Assembly: GCA_001643675.2 (NCBI GenBank)
Contig: LSRY02000031.1
Coordinates: forward strand, 558,001-622,000
Direction: 5' to 3'
From: Monocercomonoides exilis PA203
Taxonomy: Eukaryota; Protista; Preaxostyla
DNA: 64,000 bases
Shown here: in pieces, positions 41,611-49,183 of the stretch
Layout of the letters: every line of letters starts with the position of its first letter
How positions within the stretch are numbered: position 1 is the first letter of the stretch
Notes under the pieces: generated by a model
Seen by the model: only the letters and a program-made list of their open reading frames with translations
The model's database searches: none
Told to the model about the DNA's origin: nothing
Program-made: the position numbers and the translations under genes

Positions 41611-42508
41611 TTATAGTGTCAACTTTTTAATGGGACTTTTTCCTTAATTGGCACTTTTTATGTTTTTGCTTACAAAATGTCGAGAAACGAGAAGTTGTTT
41701 TCAGCATTTTACAAATCCTTTTTAACAGGTTTAATTCTATTTATTTACTGTTTTCATTTTTATTTTCGTTTTTTTACACATCGAGAAATTTCGTTTTTTT
41801 GCTAAATTTAATAGGACTTTTTCTAGCCAACCAGGCAACTCAAAAGAAATTGGGGACATGTTTTATATTGCATTTGCTTCGAACGATTAATCTTTAAAAC
41901 CTTTTTTTTCACAAACACCTTTTTCTTGATTTTTTCGCATTTCAAATTCTCATCAGCATAAAAAACATAAAACTGTTTATTTCTTTATTAATATAATGAA
42001 ATGAAAAAAATAAAAAAATGATATGAAAAACAAATACTTTGATAATGAAGTGTTGAAAAAATAAAACATTCTCATTTTCTATTTGTCTCAAACTGACAAA
42101 TGGCGCTTACTAAAAATGATCAATGATCAAACTTTTGTAACGAAGTTAAGTTAGAAACAAAAAGAAAATGAGAATGTTTTATTTTTTCAACACTTCATTA
42201 AACAAGAAAGTGGAGAATCAATTCCTTCTCTTATTTGAGAGACGCCACAATCTATGGGTCAGTCGCCCATTTGTGTGTTTTGGTGTATTGGATAAAAAAC
42301 CACTTTGCGCTTATAAACCCATAGGCGCAAAGAGAAGGAACTACAAAAAACACGAACAGTTTTGAAAACAAAACTTCAAAGGGTGGGAGTGAAAACGGTG
42401 GTGGGCAAAGAGAAGGAATTGATTCTCCACTTTCTTTTTTAATTAAAGTGCATAAGCACCTTAATTATCAAGAAAGTGTTTCATCAATTCCTTCTTTTAT
42501 TTGAGAGA
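41611..42508. repeat. Left inverted arm of the element
   Basis: It mirrors 46724-47621 with a constant coordinate sum of 89232 (no indels). Only one mismatch was noticed (42496/46736). Confidence 0.95.
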
Positions 42509-42513
42509 ATCAA

Positions 42514-45438
42514 TTAGTTGGATGATGAAGCCATCATTACTACCACAATGTGCGTCCTCTTTGCTTTGTTGCTCTCATCCTCCTTTTTTGCTTGTGATCT
42601 TGTTCGAATAATGAATCGCTCTTTAAGTGACTTCTGATTCTCCATCTCCTCATCAGGCTCATCCACTCGAGAGGGAAATTCAACAGTATCTCTAGCTTCT
42701 TCCTCACTCAAACATGGCTTCATCAGGCGCTTCTTGTCCCTCAGTACCATCCCAGATTCCATTGCTCGTATATCATTTTTGTTCCTCTGGTCTCTTTCTG
42801 GACTGGCGTACGCATTGCCACCATCTTCGGAACACAGCTTGGTTGCTAACTCTTCACTGGGAACGTTCATAGTTGAGGCAATCACTTTCCACAAGGTTGA
42901 AGCAAGATTGGCCTTCACATAATGCTTCACCAAAGTGTCTGTTCTAGGGGAAAGACGGGCAAACTTCGCAATCTGAGTTGGTGGAATTCCAGACATCGTT
43001 AGCGTTGAAAGTGTTGCATCCTTTGTTGAATAAGGAGTAAAATGGCTTTGAATTCCTGCTTCCTTTAACGTCTCCTTTGCTAATCGTCTGATGCCTTCCA
43101 CTGTTAGAGGCTGAAAAGTTTCGGTATTTAAAAACAATTTATTTCCATCTGGTCTTCTTCTTTGTATTTCTTCCCACAAAACCTGAATAGCCGAAACTGG
43201 GCAAATTGTCGGGTTTTCATTTAAAAAAGGAACGGCAATCTCTGTTCGATTGAGCGATGTTTTGAGCCTTGTGTCCAAGTTTATTCTTTCCTGCTCAAAT
43301 ATGGATCGTTCCATATCTACCCTTTCCAACTCTGTAAACCTGCACGCAGTGAATAACATGGTGAGCACAATGGCTTTCATTGTCAGATGTTTGAAACTCA
43401 AGCTTTGATTTTCTCCAAGATTAGAAAAGTATGTCAAAATGGTCTTCGGATTCCAGATCTCTTGAATCTTCTTATTTCTTGTCGTCTCCGTTCTTCTAAA
43501 CCCTCTAAACAATATTTTTATTATCGGAAAATCCCCTAAATTTGTGTTGTAAACCAAGCTTGTGAAAAATGAAACTGCTGAGCGGATGAGCTGCAAACAT
43601 GACAGCTTCATTCCATTGTCTCTAAGTGTAATAAATATGCTGGAACATCGAGCTGCCCACTCGTGAATATCCTCTGGAATTATGCCCATATCACTCTTTT
43701 CCCACTGTTCTCCAAAGTGTGCGAAGCCGAATAAATATCCATCCCACGTCGACTGAGCAATTCCCGATATGCACTCCTCTGCCAATGAAACTGGGAAAGA
43801 TCTTTCTTCCAAAGCCCTTCTCCACCAGCTCTCGCCTTTAACTCTTGTGGATTGATCAATATGACTCTTAACCGGCCTGGAGGAAGACATGCACCTGTGC
43901 TTGCCATTGATGGTCCCTTTCTCAGTACTGTTCTCAGACTCCTCCATTCGAATGTCCGATGAGGCGTCTTCTCCAATAGCACATCCCAGTTCTGCCCATT
44001 CCAGTTCGGCAAGAGTAATACTACTGGTACTCTCTCCTTCTGTGCCTTCCGAATCGTCATTGGTATCAGGGGAACTGGGGGGTGTGCCAGAACGCACTCT
44101 TTCTTCCATGGATATGCTAGACCGTCTTCTCCCAATGGGCTTCCTATTCCACGCCAACGCTCGACCTTGTGGTTGTGTTGAGCTGCAAAGGCGTCCATTG
44201 TTGGAGTAACTTATAGCACCACAAGAATCTGAGAGAGTTCTTCGTCTGTAATTCTGTAGCCTCCAACTCTTTCCAGGCGGGACAAAGCATCGGCTCTTGT
44301 GTTTTGTTATCCGGGGAGATGAACTGCTTTCAGGACTATTTTCAATTTCTCCTTCAATGTCCATATCCTTTTGAGTGTTTGACGGAGATTCCTTCCTGCA
44401 TTCCATCTGTTCACGTTGAAAACAACTGTTGAATTGTCTGACCGAAGTTGTATCTGTGATATCCGACTTTCTGATAGGATTGGGGCAAAGTGAGTTAATG
44501 CAAGTTCCACTGCTTTTAATTCTCTGTAGTTGGATGATTGGTTTTTCACAGAGAATGGAAAACGACTGTGACAATCTAGTGACATTCTGTTTATTCTGAG
44601 GGCTGCTCCCCAGGAGCGTTCTGATGCATCTGTGGTTAGAACTGCTTCTGGAATAAACACTGGATTTAGTCTGCGTCTGGTATTCTTCCTCAATGTCCAT
44701 CTCCATCTTCTTATCTGCTGGAGGATTGAAGCATTCAGCCTCATCATTCCATCCCATCCGTTTGTTAAAACTCCTTTCTGCAACAATTTGAAGATTGATT
44801 GGAGGTGCAAAAATGCGTCTGGCAGAACGAAGCGTGTAGAACTGAGCTTTCCCACGAATGATGCTAAGTCCTTCTCTCTGACAGTCTTGGCTCTTATGCA
44901 CCTTCTCTCCCACTTGTGACACAGCTCTCGCACTGCCTTTCTTCTTTCCTCCGTTAGACACACATCGAAGCTGGTTGTATTCAATTCGAATCCCAGGAAA
45001 CTGAACTGCGAACTCGGTATGAGGTTGCACTTCTTCGTGTTTATCTGCAGACCAAGACTTTCCAAAAATACGATTATCTCCTGTATTATGTTCTTCAAGA
45101 TTTGCTGATCTTGATGCAGAAAAAGAAGGTCGTCCAAATAGGCAATGACTCTGACATCCCATCTTCTTCTTATCTCCGCTGTCACCTTCCTCATTATATG
45201 TGTGAACAGGCGCGGTGCATCTACAAAGCCGAAAGGCATTCCTTTGAAGGAGTAGTCTTTTCCCATGAATCTGAAAGCAAGATTGGGAATTAGTTCTCTT
45301 GAAACTGGAATTAAATAATAAGCTTGTTCCAAGTCTAGGGATACTGCGTAATCCTTCCGTCTTATCAGCCGTTCCACTGTTTTCTCTCCGTCGCACTTGA
45401 AATGTGTTCTTTTCACCACTGCATTCAGTTTCCGACAA
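42514..45438 (-). CDS. Tyrosine recombinase ORF of the DIRS-like element (YR domain in the C-terminal ~400 aa; N-terminal part overlaps pol)
   Basis: Contains a SAM-like ISGIAQSTWDGY segment, then IRSAVSFF, IWNPKTIL, LTMKAIVLTMLFTACRFTEL (catalytic R), RLKT (K), ICPVSAI, FTPYSTKDA and LVKHY (catalytic Y). The true start is unknown. Confidence 0.85.
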   Translation of the reverse strand: MSETECSGEKNTFQVRRRENSGTADKTEGLRSIPRLGTSLLFNSSFKRTNSQSCFQIHGKRLLLQRNAFRLCRCTAPVHTYNEEGDSGDKKKMGCQSHCLFGRPSFSASRSANLEEHNTGDNRIFGKSWSADKHEEVQPHTEFAVQFPGIRIEYNQLRCVSNGGKKKGSARAVSQVGEKVHKSQDCQREGLSIIRGKAQFYTLRSARRIFAPPINLQIVAERSFNKRMGWNDEAECFNPPADKKMEMDIEEEYQTQTKSSVYSRSSSNHRCIRTLLGSSPQNKQNVTRLSQSFSILCEKPIIQLQRIKSSGTCINSLCPNPIRKSDITDTTSVRQFNSCFQREQMECRKESPSNTQKDMDIEGEIENSPESSSSPRITKHKSRCFVPPGKSWRLQNYRRRTLSDSCGAISYSNNGRLCSSTQPQGRALAWNRKPIGRRRSSISMEERVRSGTPPSSPDTNDDSEGTEGESTSSITLAELEWAELGCAIGEDASSDIRMEESENSTEKGTINGKHRCMSSSRPVKSHIDQSTRVKGESWWRRALEERSFPVSLAEECISGIAQSTWDGYLFGFAHFGEQWEKSDMGIIPEDIHEWAARCSSIFITLRDNGMKLSCLQLIRSAVSFFTSLVYNTNLGDFPIIKILFRGFRRTETTRNKKIQEIWNPKTILTYFSNLGENQSLSFKHLTMKAIVLTMLFTACRFTELERVDMERSIFEQERINLDTRLKTSLNRTEIAVPFLNENPTICPVSAIQVLWEEIQRRRPDGNKLFLNTETFQPLTVEGIRRLAKETLKEAGIQSHFTPYSTKDATLSTLTMSGIPPTQIAKFARLSPRTDTLVKHYVKANLASTLWKVIASTMNVPSEELATKLCSEDGGNAYASPERDQRNKNDIRAMESGMVLRDKKRLMKPCLSEEEARDTVEFPSRVDEPDEEMENQKSLKERFIIRTRSQAKKEDESNKAKRTHIVVVMMASSSN

Positions 45439-45809
45439 TCGAGAATTTGTCTCCAGCTGCCTGACTTCTTTTGAATGAGAAATACATTGTTTCTGTGTTT
45501 GACCTCTCTCTGCTCCATTGGGATTACAACTCCTGTTCGTATTTGTTCTTCTAATATTTTCTTGAACTCCTTGATCTTTTGTTGGTTGAGAAGCAACGCT
45601 CCGTCTCTAAATTGAGTTTTGCTGAGAGCTTTTCGGGCTTGCTTGCTCTTCCACATGGCCTGTACTCCTCTGCTTATCAATTTCTCTCCTCCGATTCGCT
45701 TCCATGCCGAGATAATCAATGCTGTTCTTCCTCCTATCTGCCTCCTCTGCTCTGTCTCCTTGTGAACTGGACCCAAAATTGTTGACGCCCCCTTGGTCTC
45801 CTGCTCCAA
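43680..45809 (-). pseudogene. DIRS pol: reverse transcriptase - RNase H - N6-adenine methyltransferase-like domain, interrupted by two in-frame TAA (44307-44309, 44211-44213)
   Basis: RT motifs are WRQILDCRKLN, SLDLEQAY, GMPFG and AYLDDLLF. RNase H motifs are LTTDAS, SSNYREL, RSDNST and HLPG*QNTRADALSR. MT-like motifs are MDAFAAQHN, DGLAYPW, LAHPPVPLI and LPNWNGQNW. Confidence 0.85.
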
Positions 45810-46684
45810 CCGCTCTGGCTCCTCCTTCTTCCGAATTGCTGTCTTCTTGCGAGCGCTGAGGACCGGGGGGACCTCCGAAAAAACCGCGGGTTTGAACGAG
45901 GAAGGGGATAACTTAATCTTGTTCGAAGTGTATCTGGTTATTCTCTTGCAGTAGTCTGAACTCGTGTTAGAGGAAATGTTGGTCTTCGGAAACCTCCTTC
46001 AAACTTAGCTTCTTGTCTTGCTTCTCTGAGAATCAGTTCCTGTCTCTCTATGAGGATTCCCGTTGAATCGTCTGCACTCATTAATGTGGCAGCCCTGAAA
46101 CCAAACCTGCATTGAATTCGAACCGTTCGTGCCTCTTGAAGCGCCTTGGTAATCAAAATCAAGATGTCAGCCAGTCTTTGTTTTGCACCTTCCTTTGAAG
46201 TCGGTATCTCGGCTAAGCCTATGAGCGCAGCTTTAATTGCCTGGAAAAGATAAATCTCCATCTTGTAACCCGCCTGATCTAACGCATCGTTAATCCAGTT
46301 CTTTGTTCTCTTGGAAGCGGGTGGTTCTTGAGATAACAATGGGCTAAAATCCTGTGTTGAATACTCCTCAACAACATCTTGGACGGATATAGTGGAAAGC
46401 TTTAGATCATAAATTGAAAAATTTGGCGCCTTTCCAAAAATGTCCTCAAACTCCTGACAAATACGTTGAGACATCTCTATGTCATCTTCGTTTTCCTTTC
46501 TGGCATCCGAATGGGTCACCTCCTGTGTCAAACTTTCCGATGACGAAGGTGAAAAAATTGACGCGGAAGATAAGATGTCCTGTTGAGAAAAGGTCCCTGG
46601 TTGGCTTTGCGCCCCACTGTTCTGCATTGCAGCCTCAGCCGACGGCGTAAGTCCAACAATCGGAGAGAATTGTGAAAAAGACAT
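45734..46684 (-). CDS. Gag-like ORF1 of the DIRS-like element, with one in-frame TAA at 45938-45940
   Basis: A 248-aa ORF begins at the first ATG inside the arm. The same frame continues past the TAA with an Arg-rich tail (PRFFRRSPR..FGRRRSQSGWSRRPRGR..RGGR*), as is typical of DIRS gag ends. Confidence 0.65.
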
Positions 46685-46723
46685 TATTGATCAAATGTGG
46701 CGACTGACCCATTGATTGCGGCG

Positions 46724-47621
46724 TCTCTCAAATAATAGAAGGAATTGATGAAACACTTTCTTGATAATTAAGGTGCTTATGCACTTTAATTAAAAAAGAA
46801 AGTGGAGAATCAATTCCTTCTCTTTGCCCACCACCGTTTTCACTCCCACCCTTTGAAGTTTTGTTTTCAAAACTGTTCGTGTTTTTTGTAGTTCCTTCTC
46901 TTTGCGCCTATGGGTTTATAAGCGCAAAGTGGTTTTTTATCCAATACACCAAAACACACAAATGGGCGACTGACCCATAGATTGTGGCGTCTCTCAAATA
47001 AGAGAAGGAATTGATTCTCCACTTTCTTGTTTAATGAAGTGTTGAAAAAATAAAACATTCTCATTTTCTTTTTGTTTCTAACTTAACTTCGTTACAAAAG
47101 TTTGATCATTGATCATTTTTAGTAAGCGCCATTTGTCAGTTTGAGACAAATAGAAAATGAGAATGTTTTATTTTTTCAACACTTCATTATCAAAGTATTT
47201 GTTTTTCATATCATTTTTTTATTTTTTTCATTTCATTATATTAATAAAGAAATAAACAGTTTTATGTTTTTTATGCTGATGAGAATTTGAAATGCGAAAA
47301 AATCAAGAAAAAGGTGTTTGTGAAAAAAAAGGTTTTAAAGATTAATCGTTCGAAGCAAATGCAATATAAAACATGTCCCCAATTTCTTTTGAGTTGCCTG
47401 GTTGGCTAGAAAAAGTCCTATTAAATTTAGCAAAAAAACGAAATTTCTCGATGTGTAAAAAAACGAAAATAAAAATGAAAACAGTAAATAAATAGAATTA
47501 AACCTGTTAAAAAGGATTTGTAAAATGCTGAAAACAACTTCTCGTTTCTCGACATTTTGTAAGCAAAAACATAAAAAGTGCCAATTAAGGAAAAAGTCCC
47601 ATTAAAAAGTTGACACTATAA
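46724..47621. repeat. Right inverted arm of the element
   Basis: It mirrors 41611-42508. The ORF track shows an identical 65-aa ORF on opposite strands in the two arms. Confidence 0.95.
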
Positions 47622-49183
47622 CTAATATTTCAATTTGTTCAATGGTTGGTTAATGTCAAATGCTTCTGAATTTAATGAAAAATTATTTTTTTATTTGTCT
47701 CATTGCTATTGTTTTTCAAAAATGATTGATTTTTATTCTGTAAGAAAGAGCAAATTGCAGAAAATAAAAAATAGCTAGAATTGTAAATAACATAGAAAAA
47801 ATAAGTTGTATGTGCAAAAGATGAGCTGAATCGTCATTAAAATGGAAAAATCCATCGAAAGTTAGATTTTCAAAAAACAAAAATTATTTGTTTCTAAAAT
47901 ATATAGGACTACAAAAAAAATATTGTTTTTGAATAGATGTGGGTGATTATTTATGATATCATATTATTTCATTTTAAAATTTCGATTGTAAAATTTCACT
48001 TGAATATTCATAAAAGAATACTGAAAAGTGATTTTACTAATTAAAGATGTCTTCATTTTCATTTTGGCTTTTTCATTTGTTTATGAAATGGTTTTGATGA
48101 AATCTTTCATCAAAATACAAAATCTCTATTCAGTGACAAACAACCTTTGAAAAATAAACACTCCGAAAAAAGTTTTGATTTCAAAAATATTCATACATGC
48201 CATATATATGTTTATATACAACCGTGCAAACTGCTGCAAATTAATATTGAATATTTGTTTCGATATTTGTATTTCATATTTAGTCATGATAAGAAAAAAG
48301 GTTTAATTAAAAACCACCATAACATCTTTTTCAAGCGTTTCTGTCCTGAGATTTTTGAATAATATATTTAATTTCAATTTGAATTTTATTAGAAACTTTT
48401 TATTTATTAATTTATTTTTGAATTGAGATGGAATTCATAAGAAAAATATAATCTCGTTCGAAAAGATTATTGAACAAAAAACAAATTATAAATAAAGATA
48501 TTTCATTCTGCAAACAAAAAAGTCTTTAAACCTTTAAAATATTGCTTAGTTTTAAATATGAGTTTCTTTCATTTTTATTATTAATTTGGTGAAAAATTAC
48601 CCGTACCAAATGAACAAAATTTAAATTCCAAAAAGTTATATTTTCAAAAGTTCAAACCTTTTGGATTTGGTTTATGAAAAGAAGTGAATCAAAAACCTTT
48701 CAAAACATTAAAAAAAAATCCCCAATTTGAATGAATGCATTATTCTCTTATCCTTTGTCAATCTCATTTTCTTACAGATAACAGAGATGACTGCCATCCT
48801 CCCATTCTGCATTCTCACTGTGTGAAAGAAAAATAAACTGTTGAAAATGACAAACGTGAACGAAAAAAAGAATACCCCAATAATACTGAATTTGAAACAG
48901 AAATCACCAGGTGTGTGCCGATTGGGAAAACTCCAGTGGTTCCAAGGAAGAAAGTGAAAGCCTCATCATGGCTCGGGACGAAGAATGCAGCGAATGACAA
49001 TCCACTCCCGAAAGCATGAATCTGATACGGCAATGCTGTTTTCTTCCCAACGAGACACAAACAAAGGAAGGAATTGCTTTCAAACAAACATTTGATTCTT
49101 CTCATCCAACATTCTCCCAGCTCCACTTTTCAATTCCCCAGGTTTCCCAAATGCATTTCTCAAATGAAAAAAAAATCAGTGTT

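Larger units (their letters stand above)
41611..47621 (-). mobile_element. DIRS-like tyrosine-recombinase retrotransposon core enclosed in 898-bp inverted arms
   Basis: Gag-like, RT/RNaseH/MT and YR ORFs lie on the minus strand. 41611-42508 is the reverse complement of 46724-47621. The tips are TA|TAGTGTC...GACACTA|TA. Confidence 0.92.

Noticed and set aside
42168-42365. Identical 65-aa ORF here and at 46867-47064
   Set aside because: It is a by-product of the inverted arms, crosses module junctions and shows no protein features.
42043-42480. Possible CRISPR-like or tRNA structure in the arm
   Set aside because: The repeats are inverted, with irregular spacing. There is no direct repeat-spacer periodicity, no cas genes and no tRNA cloverleaf.
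48787-49060. Short coding-like segment 3' of the surface gene
   Set aside because: The frames are interrupted and no family is identifiable.
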